A DNA stretch of 64,000 nt from a virus. Taxonomy: Duplodnaviria > Heunggongvirae > Uroviricota > Caudoviricetes. Under the pieces are notes generated by a model. It did not search any database. It saw only the letters and a list, made by a program, of their open reading frames with translations, and was not told where the DNA came from. The stretch lies in the IMG/VR virus record IMGVR_UViG_3300041405_000130; one strand, 5' to 3'. Numbering within the stretch: the first letter of the stretch is position 1; every line of letters begins with the position of its first letter. The position numbers and the translations under genes are program-made. Of this stretch, positions 9,095 to 17,686 are shown in pieces.

Positions 9095-9568
9095 CTATTT
9101 GTTGCTCATCCAAGGTGGATAGACTACGATCACCTTGTTAGGAATCTTTTGGGATGCTTCTTCAATCATCTCTGAAACGATATCAAAGTCTAGACCACCA
9201 TTACCACACCCGAGCGGAGGCAATACTAGTTTCCATGCAGGATTGACTTGATCTTCATCTTCACCGATATTGTCAACGATCCACTGCAGGCCCAGTGCAA
9301 CGTATTCATAAGTCGATGGATTCTTCCAGTTCTCTTTCGTCGGGAACATTAGGTACTTCTTACCGTCTGTGCCTTCGTATAAAGCTGGATGACCGATTGT
9401 GATAGACTTCATCTTGCAGTCATGTTTGTAGCGTAAAAACAGATCGTGGTGATTCTCAGCGAAAGACTTGGCAACGCCTGCACCCATCACTCCGATTGTA
9501 TTTACTGTAACGACGTAAAGATCTCCAGGTTCTTTGAAGACATCTTTACCGATTATAAATTCAGCCAT
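9095..9568 (-). CDS. Macrodomain ADP-ribosylhydrolase (DarG/TARG1/Poa1p-like)
   Basis: VNTIGVMGAGVAKSF, FPTKENW, PPLGCGNGGLD motifs. Confidence 0.9.
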   Translation of the reverse strand: MAEFIIGKDVFKEPGDLYVVTVNTIGVMGAGVAKSFAENHHDLFLRYKHDCKMKSITIGHPALYEGTDGKKYLMFPTKENWKNPSTYEYVALGLQWIVDNIGEDEDQVNPAWKLVLPPLGCGNGGLDFDIVSEMIEEASQKIPNKVIVVYPPWMSNK

Positions 9569-9637
9569 TGAACCGGCTCCCATGAAAGTTGGATTAATGG
9601 AGGGACCGGAGCGATCCCTCTCATTAGATTGCGCTGA

Positions 9638-9808
9638 TTATTTTTTCAACTCATTCGCCAACTTCAAAGAGCCCAGTGCAATGGCCAATCCGACGGAAAC
9701 ACAGCCACCTATAGCAGCAATGTATTTCAGACGAGCTGTCTGGTGGTCGATGTCTTTGGTAGACATTGCCTTGGCCGGATCATGGGAGAAAATGCCTTTA
9801 AATTTCAT
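9638..9808 (-). CDS. 56-aa microprotein with C-terminal TM
   Basis: Hand translation; ATGA coupling to upstream gene. Confidence 0.65.
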   Translation of the reverse strand: MKFKGIFSHDPAKAMSTKDIDHQTARLKYIAAIGGCVSVGLAIALGSLKLANELKK

Positions 9809-10194
9809 GGTAATGCCTTGAGTTCGTTACGGAGTTCGTTGAGGTGGGCGATAACCCGATCGGGGCCAGTGAAGCGACCCATACCCATGCCACCGGTAAC
9901 ACCTTTCAGGCGCAGACGGTTTTTACGCATCAGGCGAAGCGCCTTTTGTTGGGAAGACCAGACCATGTCGCGTACTTCCTGATCGGTCATGTCCACGCGG
10001 AGCTGATCGCCTTCAGCAATAGCCAGATTGGCGAGGCGCTTCACACCATCGACAAAGCCACGGGCCTTTTTACGGACCCGTTCGCTTTTGGTACGCTGTG
10101 CGATTTCTTCCGCCTTATTGAACCGGCGCCCAAGGCTAACCTGCAGGCGGATTTCCATACGTTCCAAACAATCTTGTCGAGAAAGATAGATCAT
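9805..10194 (-). CDS. Basic hypothetical protein
   Basis: 129-aa Arg/Lys-rich ORF. Confidence 0.65.
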   Translation of the reverse strand: MIYLSRQDCLERMEIRLQVSLGRRFNKAEEIAQRTKSERVRKKARGFVDGVKRLANLAIAEGDQLRVDMTDQEVRDMVWSSQQKALRLMRKNRLRLKGVTGGMGMGRFTGPDRVIAHLNELRNELKALP

Positions 10195-10271
10195 TGCTTT
10201 TACCCCAAAAAGAAATCAGCGATTGATTTATTACCAAGGGTCCACGATCAACTGACCATGAACCCCAGCGC

Positions 10272-10394
10272 TCAACGGCGCTTTTTAGCTTTTTGTTCAG
10301 CCTCCACAATGGCTTTTACAGCATAGTGCGACACTACACCGATGGCAGTGGCAATAGCGATCTTTCTTGCCAGTTCAACAATAGTGTCTTTCAT
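10272..10394 (-). CDS. 40-aa microprotein (GVVSHY family)
   Basis: Hand translation MKDTIVELARKIAIATAIGVVSHYAVKAIVEAEQKAKKRR; AGGAG RBS. Confidence 0.75.
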   Translation of the reverse strand: MKDTIVELARKIAIATAIGVVSHYAVKAIVEAEQKAKKRR

Positions 10395-10421
10395 TGTGGA
10401 GCTCCTGAACAATTCGGTTGA

Positions 10422-10589
10422 TTACTTCTTGAGGATGGTGACTACAGCGATGCCACACAGCGTTACGATGGAACCGCTGACAACAACTTGAGTCAGGTCA
10501 CGCTTGGGTGCGGTTGCTTCGTCGTACAGAGCTTTTGCGTGAGCAGCGCCGATCAGACCCAGAGCGGTGAGACGGATTGCATTCATCAT
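10422..10589 (-). CDS. 55-aa two-TM microprotein
   Basis: Hand translation MMNAIRLTALGLIG...; AAGGAG RBS after promoter. Confidence 0.75.
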   Translation of the reverse strand: MMNAIRLTALGLIGAAHAKALYDEATAPKRDLTQVVVSGSIVTLCGIAVVTILKK

Positions 10590-10620
10590 GATGGAACTCC
10601 TTAGCTTAGAGGGGGATTAT

Positions 10621-10655
10621 CACAGTTGTAATATAGTGGTTAAATCGTTTTGAAT
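10621..10655 (-). promoter_or_regulatory. Early promoter (TATATTAC)
   Basis: GTAATATAG at 10628-10636; upstream ATTCAAAAC. Confidence 0.75.
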
Positions 10656-11035
10656 CAAGCTACGCGTTCAACGAAAGCAGTTTCGGTAATGTCAACGTAG
10701 TTCTTTACTGGAATGGTATTGCCAAAGAAACGCAGTTGATGACTATAGCCAACTACTTGCATTGCTTTAGGGGCTTCTTCCAGCTTGATCATGCGGCGTT
10801 TGAAGGCAGCCCGATACACAGGCAGCCAACGGAATTCGAATTCGAGGGTGGAGCTTGCAGCGGTGTACAGACCAGACTGACTGAAAAACTCAGGAGTCGT
10901 TTGGATCAGACGAGAAACGATGTTTGCAACTTCACGGTCGATGCGTTGTTCTTCAGCATGGCGACCACGATTTGCGTGTGCACGGTAGATTACGAAAGCG
11001 ATAGCGAGCAGCACGCAAATGGCGATAGTGTTCAT
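10655..11035 (-). CDS. Membrane-anchored protein
   Basis: N-terminal TM; AAGGG RBS. Confidence 0.7.
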   Translation of the reverse strand: MNTIAICVLLAIAFVIYRAHANRGRHAEEQRIDREVANIVSRLIQTTPEFFSQSGLYTAASSTLEFEFRWLPVYRAAFKRRMIKLEEAPKAMQVVGYSHQLRFFGNTIPVKNYVDITETAFVERVA

Positions 11036-11074
11036 GTAGATCCCTTAGCTTGAAATTTAATGTGGTGTTGTGGT

Positions 11075-11194
11075 TTAGGCTTTCTTACGTTTTGCAACTT
11101 GTGCATCAACGGTTTTGATGATGGCTTTGGTGAGGTAGTGAGAACCTACGCCAACAACGATTGCCTTACCTACAGCGATTGCGAAAGATTGCAT
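11075..11194 (-). CDS. 39-aa microprotein (GVGSHY family)
   Basis: Hand translation MQSFAIAVGKAIVVGVGSHYLTKAIIKTVDAQVAKRKKA; AAGGAG RBS. Confidence 0.75.
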   Translation of the reverse strand: MQSFAIAVGKAIVVGVGSHYLTKAIIKTVDAQVAKRKKA

Positions 11195-11221
11195 TGTGTA
11201 ACTCCTTAAAGTATTTTATTG

Positions 11222-11265
11222 GGGCTATGTCACAATAGTAATATAGCCCTATAATTGTTTTAAAT
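11222..11265 (-). promoter_or_regulatory. Early promoter (TATATTAC) in an inverted repeat
   Basis: GTAATATAG at 11238-11246; upstream ATTTAAAAC. Confidence 0.75.
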
Positions 11266-11582
11266 CATACTTCCGCGAGTATGATCAGGTGACGATGGAT
11301 GGCGTACATTTGTTTCAGCCACATCTTGCTGCGTTCCTGATTGAACGACACGCGCAGATAACGACGCTCAATGCGCTTGTGTGCGACACTGAGTTCTTCC
11401 AGGGCTTCCGTCCGAGTGATAGCTTTCGAGAGTTGACGCTCACGAATCTTTTCAAACTCAGCGGTGTACTCTTCTACACAGCGGCAGCATTCGGTTACCC
11501 GCATGCCGAGCTTTGCCATGCCCCAAACGAACAGGGCAGAAAAGCCAACCGTTGTAAGAACCATTGTATTGCTCGTAGCCAT
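11265..11582 (-). CDS. Membrane-anchored helical protein (paralog of 11773 ORF)
   Basis: AAGGAG RBS; alignable with 11773..12093. Confidence 0.75.
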   Translation of the reverse strand: MATSNTMVLTTVGFSALFVWGMAKLGMRVTECCRCVEEYTAEFEKIRERQLSKAITRTEALEELSVAHKRIERRYLRVSFNQERSKMWLKQMYAIHRHLIILAEV

Positions 11583-11614
11583 GTGAAGCTCCTTCGCCTA
11601 ATGGCGGATTGGAT

Positions 11615-11776
11615 TCAACCGAGGATGATGAGGGACATAACCAGGCTTACTCCGAAGAGTACGCCCAGTTTACGTGGAGTGATCCAGAGAATGTCTTTTT
11701 GCACTGGCTTGGGTTCTTTGCCTTCAGCCATTTTACGGTAGCGTTCGTTTACAGCATCATCAATTTGTTCGTTCAT
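11615..11776 (-). CDS. 53-aa tail-anchored microprotein
   Basis: Hand translation; ATGA coupling; C-terminal hydrophobic stretch. Confidence 0.65.
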   Translation of the reverse strand: MNEQIDDAVNERYRKMAEGKEPKPVQKDILWITPRKLGVLFGVSLVMSLIILG

Positions 11777-12093
11777 GCAGGGAACCCCAACAATTTCTTT
11801 TTGCCTTCCCGGTGCTTCTCGAAGAAGTCACGAACCTCATCGCTTTTGTCCAGCGAGTAGGTCATGTAGATGGCTTTATATTTATCGACAACCACGTCGA
11901 TGGCACGCTCAGCCTGAGGGCGAGAGATGTCACCTTCGTTGTACTGCCAGTTGATGATGTTGAGTTCTGCTTCCATTTGATCCATGGCTGCAGTTGTCTT
12001 TTTGGCACGCAGTCCAACTCGTACGCAGGAAGCGAGGCAAACACTACCAACGCAACCAATGAAACCCAGCACAATCTTCGATGCAGTGTCCAT
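11773..12093 (-). CDS. Membrane-anchored helical protein
   Basis: AAGGA RBS downstream of early promoter. Confidence 0.75.
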   Translation of the reverse strand: MDTASKIVLGFIGCVGSVCLASCVRVGLRAKKTTAAMDQMEAELNIINWQYNEGDISRPQAERAIDVVVDKYKAIYMTYSLDKSDEVRDFFEKHREGKKKLLGFPA

Positions 12094-12120
12094 AAATAGA
12101 TCCTTTTAAATGCGTAGATT

Positions 12121-12155
12121 CACATTCGTAATATAGGCCTTTAAATGGTTTAAAT
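12121..12155 (-). promoter_or_regulatory. Early promoter (TATATTAC)
   Basis: GTAATATAG at 12128-12136; upstream ATTTAAAC. Confidence 0.75.
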
Positions 12156-12617
12156 CTAGGTTTCGAACACAAAGCCTTCAATATCACCTTGATCTGTGGT
12201 GATAGTGGTACATTTAATGATTGATGAAGTAATCTGTGCTAATGCGGGCGAAATGATACGAAAGATGTTCTCGTAGTAATAGAGAATGTGATCAGCCGGT
12301 ACGGGATACCGTCCATCTAGATGATCACGCAGTTGATGCATGAACCAGTTGTATTGTTGATTGTTCTGCACCAAATGAAAATTGTGTCTAGCCATCAAAT
12401 AAGCAGCAGCTTTTGTAAAGAGGTCATTCACCACATGCATGTCAATGGAAAGTGAATCTTTAAGGCTACCAATCATGTTGTATGACCAAACTTGTTCAAT
12501 CCGAACAAAGTGGTTAATACCGGCCATTCTAATACCTGTCATAACTGCCTCCCGTTGGGGAGGCGTTATGCTGTCAATTCGTGCGAGGGGCATCTGGGTC
12601 AACAATGACCGGATCAC
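12156..12617 (-). CDS. Hypothetical protein
   Basis: ORF at the end of the structural operon. Confidence 0.65.
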   Translation of the reverse strand: MIRSLLTQMPLARIDSITPPQREAVMTGIRMAGINHFVRIEQVWSYNMIGSLKDSLSIDMHVVNDLFTKAAAYLMARHNFHLVQNNQQYNWFMHQLRDHLDGRYPVPADHILYYYENIFRIISPALAQITSSIIKCTTITTDQGDIEGFVFET

Positions 12618-13971
12618 CTTCTTTACGGTTAATGAACACAGCGAGCGTCACAATCCCAACGTGTGATGTAACTTCCACGTTTGAGTCTTGTTGTCCTCGT
12701 TGTTCGTCTACACCTAATAACACACCGTTGTAAGTTTCTACATCGTTGTCATTAATAGTCATAAACTTAACCGGCATTCCTGGGTACAACAAATCCGAAT
12801 CCCCATGATACCACTGCAGCTTGATAAACATCCCACGCCGTCTAGCCATTTCTGAGTAATGTTTGAATGGGTTAGACGTAGCTCTGTCGTAAGCCCAACG
12901 CACATTGTTATAACCAGACTCCAACAGACCTGTAGATACTTCAAACAGATTTGTAGCCCGGTCAACTAACGTGCGGTTATCCTTAGCCTTACCAAACTCT
13001 CCCAGAAGCTTTGTAACGTCACCAAAGCGTAAACCGTTACCTTGTTTCAGGTTATCGGCTAAACCGTTGTCTAGGGAGCTTGCATCGCCTGTGGCGAGTA
13101 CCGTGACATGTTGCTCATCGACTTTATATGTTCGCTCAGCACCTTGATATCGATCGTTAGGAACGTTGATCAATTTCAGAACTTTGGTGTTCTTCTTATA
13201 CCGAGTAGAGTCGTACAGGGGATAGATGTACCAATACTGATCTTGGAGATAACGGCCAAAACCTGTTGGATACACACCACCTTCTTCTTCATGGATGTAA
13301 TGAGGGACGTCTTTCAACATCATCCCGTCAGGAAAGTCCATGACCGTACGGATCTCAGTGTTATACCCATCGAGGAAATTGATACCCTTAATGCGTTTAG
13401 CATCTTGAGTACCCACGTCACCCATTGTAGAAGCCAAGACTTCTTGGATAGCCATCATCGTAGTGCATTGACGTAAGCCATTACCATACGACATCATGTT
13501 AACACGAAATGCTGATTCTTCGATTAACTGTACGGCCACCGAAATCATACCAAGTTGGTTCAGTGATTCACGTGAACTGGTCTGAGCATTCTTGTTAGTC
13601 AACGCATTGTTGAACTGTGTCATTAACACAGCTCGGTAACGTTTAACTTCAGACTTCCGGGTAGTATCCATTGCGTTCGAATTGTACTTCAAAGGAACGT
13701 ACACGACTTCGCACATCAGGTTATCCCGATTAGGCACAACGTCGTATTGGAAATCCCCTTGTTGCAACATGAACTGGATCATACGTCGATCAGAGAACTG
13801 TGCTTTATCAGCGTAGTTCCGACTGAGCGTTTCGAATTCAACTTTCTGTGGTTTGATCCATGTTGTTTCTTTTACGATGAGTTGACAATCAATGCGCCAT
13901 CCGGAATTACCTTCACCGTTATCACGAATGTCATCAACTTCACGCATGAGTAGCGTATTATCAACAGCCAT
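12574..13971 (-). CDS. Virion structural protein, phiKZ gp101-like (putative baseplate hub)
   Basis: Size, synteny, C-terminal LYPGMPV motif. Confidence 0.6.
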   Translation of the reverse strand: MAVDNTLLMREVDDIRDNGEGNSGWRIDCQLIVKETTWIKPQKVEFETLSRNYADKAQFSDRRMIQFMLQQGDFQYDVVPNRDNLMCEVVYVPLKYNSNAMDTTRKSEVKRYRAVLMTQFNNALTNKNAQTSSRESLNQLGMISVAVQLIEESAFRVNMMSYGNGLRQCTTMMAIQEVLASTMGDVGTQDAKRIKGINFLDGYNTEIRTVMDFPDGMMLKDVPHYIHEEEGGVYPTGFGRYLQDQYWYIYPLYDSTRYKKNTKVLKLINVPNDRYQGAERTYKVDEQHVTVLATGDASSLDNGLADNLKQGNGLRFGDVTKLLGEFGKAKDNRTLVDRATNLFEVSTGLLESGYNNVRWAYDRATSNPFKHYSEMARRRGMFIKLQWYHGDSDLLYPGMPVKFMTINDNDVETYNGVLLGVDEQRGQQDSNVEVTSHVGIVTLAVFINRKEGDPVIVDPDAPRTN

Positions 13972-13975
13972 CTAA

Positions 13976-14551
13976 TTACTCCAACATGTACCGTTCGATT
14001 TGATCGACCATGGAATTGTAAGGTTTAAGCTGACCACCGGACATCATCCGTTCACGAGCAGCCTTATCAGCACCAGCCAAGTTACGGCGACGGTTCATAC
14101 GAGCGATACCGTCAAAGATACGGGAAGCTTGTTCACGATCCTTAGGCGATAGCCGTTGAGCCTCGGCGTGCATTTCCAGAGCAACACGTTCTAATAAACG
14201 CATGTCTGAAATTGGGGGGAACGCACCTGGTGGATAACCACCGTACGTCATGTCTAGCCAGTTCCGAAAGTGCTCTTGGATATCCGAATACATTTGGACA
14301 CAGTCCCAACGATTCAGGATAGTGAAGGAATAACCCTCATCGATAATCATTGCTAGACCAGCACATGTTTGTTTAACATCCACGAGTTGGTTCATGCGTA
14401 GTTTATCAAGTTGCTTGTCTCCGGAGATTCCCACATAATTCGTACGAAGGTATTCTGCTGAGTATTGCGCGAGGGTTGGGATTTGTACATGGAACCGTAA
14501 GTTCCAAATCCGCCATGCAGCGGTGTTACGTGTGATCAGTGCCTTTTCCAT
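13976..14551 (-). CDS. Conserved phiKZ gp100-like protein
   Basis: Synteny and size. Confidence 0.55.
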   Translation of the reverse strand: MEKALITRNTAAWRIWNLRFHVQIPTLAQYSAEYLRTNYVGISGDKQLDKLRMNQLVDVKQTCAGLAMIIDEGYSFTILNRWDCVQMYSDIQEHFRNWLDMTYGGYPPGAFPPISDMRLLERVALEMHAEAQRLSPKDREQASRIFDGIARMNRRRNLAGADKAARERMMSGGQLKPYNSMVDQIERYMLE

Positions 14552-14558
14552 GATTTAC

Positions 14559-15986
14559 CTACATTGCGTACTTCAGCAATGCGATGACCACCGGGTAGTA
14601 GTAGAACCGTTCTAGGTTGTCCCAATACCGGATGTTCTCCAGCAATGCGTCAAATTGTCTTTTATCGATTTCTTCACCACGTAACATTGAAGTTGTAACC
14701 ATCTCCAATTTAGACTGAAGATGTGGATCACAACGATAGAACGATTCGGTGAAGACGTAGAAGTTGTCACGTACTACAGGATGAATATCTGCAGGGATGC
14801 GATACTCTTGTCCGATGTAATTACGTTCGTCTTCTGGTTTAACTCGACGGAACCATTCTAGATCACGTTCGAGTTGTGTTTTGTGTGGACCTGGGAGCGG
14901 ACGACGGGGAAGGCCTTCATGAAAAGGAATACCCCAAGGACGTGCACGATCTTCGCCATCGTATTGGGAATCCACGTCAGTAGGTGCTTCCATAGGGAAA
15001 ACAAACCGTGGGATACCCGAGTAACCGATAGCTTGTAGCTCTGGACGCCAACGAGAGATCTTTGTAGAAACCAAGTGGCATCGTTCAGTAGAGTCACTGA
15101 TCTTATCCATGTCATGTCGAATGATAGCATCCCACACGGTCGGCTGTGACATTACGGGTTCAGACATTACGTTCAGTAACTTCACTTTCCGCATCCGTCC
15201 ATCCATTGTGGTATCGACCATAGCTACAAAAGCTTTGGCTACCCAATGATCGTACGTTTTGTACAGTTGATCAGGTACAAGGAACGTGTAGTGCTCTTTG
15301 GAGAAGAAGTCGGTGATATAGCGATCAACCAATGTACGGAGTAATTTACCGTACATCGTACTACGGGCTTGTTCTTCGTTAGATACGAATGGACCACAAC
15401 CCGAGTTAGCCGATGCTGCAGAGAACCAATACTCTTCTTCCGACTTACGCTTCAAGTCATTAAAGCGTTCTTCCGTAAGTTCACTGACTTGTTTCCATTC
15501 TACTGCAAACGTAGAACCCGATTGAATGGTTACACGCTTAGCCGAAGTAATAGTAAACAAACCGGTACGGCCATTACCAATACCAGCAGAAAACATGTCC
15601 CCCTGGTTAGGAGTCATGAAGCCGTAAGTGTGACCACCACCAGTCCGTGTCCATACGTTGATTGTATCATCCGAACTACCATCGAGGGATTGTGTCACCT
15701 TCAATGGAATTCGTTTCAACCAACGGTACTGTTGCGCATGTGGCTCACGGTTTACGTTCTGTGGTGTTGGCTCTTGGTTAGGCTTAAGAATCTGAGACCA
15801 GTAATCCACGATCCAGTTAGAACCAGAAGTCCACTGCATCAAATGTGAAGGAGGAGCGTACTCCTTATCGATAGTGATACCCCGAAATACTTCCGATTCA
15901 ATACGGACAGCATTATTAGGGATCTCACCCTGCCCAGGATCATAACACGGTTCACCTGGGTCTTTAACTTGTTCTACGATAGGCAT
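14559..15986 (-). CDS. Virion structural protein, phiKZ gp99-like (neck/head-tail)
   Basis: Synteny; PNQGDMF motif. Confidence 0.55.
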   Translation of the reverse strand: MPIVEQVKDPGEPCYDPGQGEIPNNAVRIESEVFRGITIDKEYAPPSHLMQWTSGSNWIVDYWSQILKPNQEPTPQNVNREPHAQQYRWLKRIPLKVTQSLDGSSDDTINVWTRTGGGHTYGFMTPNQGDMFSAGIGNGRTGLFTITSAKRVTIQSGSTFAVEWKQVSELTEERFNDLKRKSEEEYWFSAASANSGCGPFVSNEEQARSTMYGKLLRTLVDRYITDFFSKEHYTFLVPDQLYKTYDHWVAKAFVAMVDTTMDGRMRKVKLLNVMSEPVMSQPTVWDAIIRHDMDKISDSTERCHLVSTKISRWRPELQAIGYSGIPRFVFPMEAPTDVDSQYDGEDRARPWGIPFHEGLPRRPLPGPHKTQLERDLEWFRRVKPEDERNYIGQEYRIPADIHPVVRDNFYVFTESFYRCDPHLQSKLEMVTTSMLRGEEIDKRQFDALLENIRYWDNLERFYYYPVVIALLKYAM

Positions 15987-15988
15987 TG

Positions 15989-17611
15989 TTATTTCCTCGT
16001 TGTTACGATATCACCACACAATACAGTCATGATACCGTTCCGATTACCTTTGAACCATGGGCCACCCCGGAGTTCCATTTCCCGACGTGCACGGGTTACG
16101 TCATCTTGCTTAACCACACCCGTCTTAAAGACAGGAACGTCCTTAGTCCACGCCGATGTACCCTCGCCAGGACAACCTTCCGGAACCATACGTTGCGGAA
16201 GCTTTACGCCCAACAATTGCATCTGGTCCATTGGTTTACGCCCAACACTGACACTGAACAAATTACACACCGTCCAGAACACCGTAGGGTAATAACGCAA
16301 GTGATCCCAAACTTTGTCGTGTACGGCCCACCAGTTCCGATCAATCGAAATCTCGATGTGGTAATACTTAGTCGGGTCTAGGTCAAATGGAGCTCGGATC
16401 ATTGTAGTACCCGGTTCGAGTTCTAGTTGTAGATCCATCCACTCGTTGTTCTTATATAGCCGGAAGTTAAACAAGCCACCCGGTCGAACAATACACTTGG
16501 TCCCTAGGTCCGTAAAGTATTCCATGAAGTGTTCAGTGAAATGCCAATCGCCAATATTCTTCAGATCCAACAAACTACGACGGTCATCCTTTTCAATACT
16601 CACCAGTCCTGTATAGAACGTGAATGCATCGTACGGTTTCTGTGTAGTTGTCCAATCGTTAACAGTTGGGTATTGGATATAAGGAACGTGTTTAGGGCGA
16701 GGAGCAACAAACCGTTTATCTAAAGGTCCACGCAGATAAGATTGTTTCCGATCTACTTGCTGATAACGTTTAGGTTGATGCTTAGGCCAGAAGACGTTTG
16801 GAATAGGATTCTGGTGGCATACTAGTGGATAACGAACATACACGTGGGTTGGTTGTTCAAACCGCACAGTGAACGTTACAGACACAGTGTAGGCCCCAGC
16901 CTTATCGCTGTTAGCCGCAGGGGTATCTGGCGTACCAGTAAAGTCGAACCACCCCACCACATCTAGTTGACGTTCACGGATAGCGGGTTGTTCATGTTGC
17001 AATGACAACGTAGCTACCATGGTGTGCGATTGGAAGAAGTATTTATCCAGGTATTCCTGAAAGGTTTCTTCAATAGGCCAATCACTACATTGAATCGTAT
17101 CGTACATGCCACGCAACAAAGCTTGGAGTGGACGTGGAAGCATGTAGTAATAATCAAGCTTCAGTGTGAGTTCAGCACCACCACGAGATACACGGGCACG
17201 TTGTTCATCTAACCACCGCTTGGCTGTAACAATCCCTTCGGACTGATATTCGATATCTACACGGAAGTCCAACATACGGCGAACTGGGCAAACTTGGATA
17301 TCCCGAATAGGGTCTTCCCAAATAGGTAAGTTCTTAAATGTGTTTACTGCCGTTGGCAATGCAAAGTTATCATCAGCGATATCCTGATAACGAATGGTTA
17401 CTCGTGCCTCAGGGTCATAAACAATCTCCGTAGAGCAACACGCACCAAAGCCACCTTTGTCGAGTGGAACCTTATCAGAGTTACCTGGTAGGAACACATG
17501 CGTGTCTTTGGGAATGTCAATGATGTTAGACAGTTGTTCTGTCAGATCTACAGCAACACGTCGGATTACAGACTCGTACGTATCGGGTAAGACCATTAGT
17601 GAATGAGGCAT
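15989..17611 (-). CDS. Virion structural protein, phiKZ gp98-like
   Basis: Synteny; start moved to MPHS (GAGGGG RBS) because the track's ATG lies in the TATGCCG element. Confidence 0.55.
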   Translation of the reverse strand: MPHSLMVLPDTYESVIRRVAVDLTEQLSNIIDIPKDTHVFLPGNSDKVPLDKGGFGACCSTEIVYDPEARVTIRYQDIADDNFALPTAVNTFKNLPIWEDPIRDIQVCPVRRMLDFRVDIEYQSEGIVTAKRWLDEQRARVSRGGAELTLKLDYYYMLPRPLQALLRGMYDTIQCSDWPIEETFQEYLDKYFFQSHTMVATLSLQHEQPAIRERQLDVVGWFDFTGTPDTPAANSDKAGAYTVSVTFTVRFEQPTHVYVRYPLVCHQNPIPNVFWPKHQPKRYQQVDRKQSYLRGPLDKRFVAPRPKHVPYIQYPTVNDWTTTQKPYDAFTFYTGLVSIEKDDRRSLLDLKNIGDWHFTEHFMEYFTDLGTKCIVRPGGLFNFRLYKNNEWMDLQLELEPGTTMIRAPFDLDPTKYYHIEISIDRNWWAVHDKVWDHLRYYPTVFWTVCNLFSVSVGRKPMDQMQLLGVKLPQRMVPEGCPGEGTSAWTKDVPVFKTGVVKQDDVTRARREMELRGGPWFKGNRNGIMTVLCGDIVTTRK

Positions 17612-17647
17612 GGATTTCCCCTCGTTAGTTTTGAAAGTCATAAGATT

Positions 17648-17686
17648 CGGCATAAAGCCTTCCCCGGAGGGAAGGCGTCTATGTTG
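17648..17686. terminator. CATA-hairpin-TATG element
   Basis: CGGCATAAA-GCCTTCCC-CGGA-GGGAAGGC-GTCTATG. Confidence 0.7.

Noticed and set aside
6817-12155. Recurrent about 35-bp motif considered as a CRISPR or attC-like array
   Set aside because: Irregular spacing, degenerate copies, genes in between; matches the known early promoter
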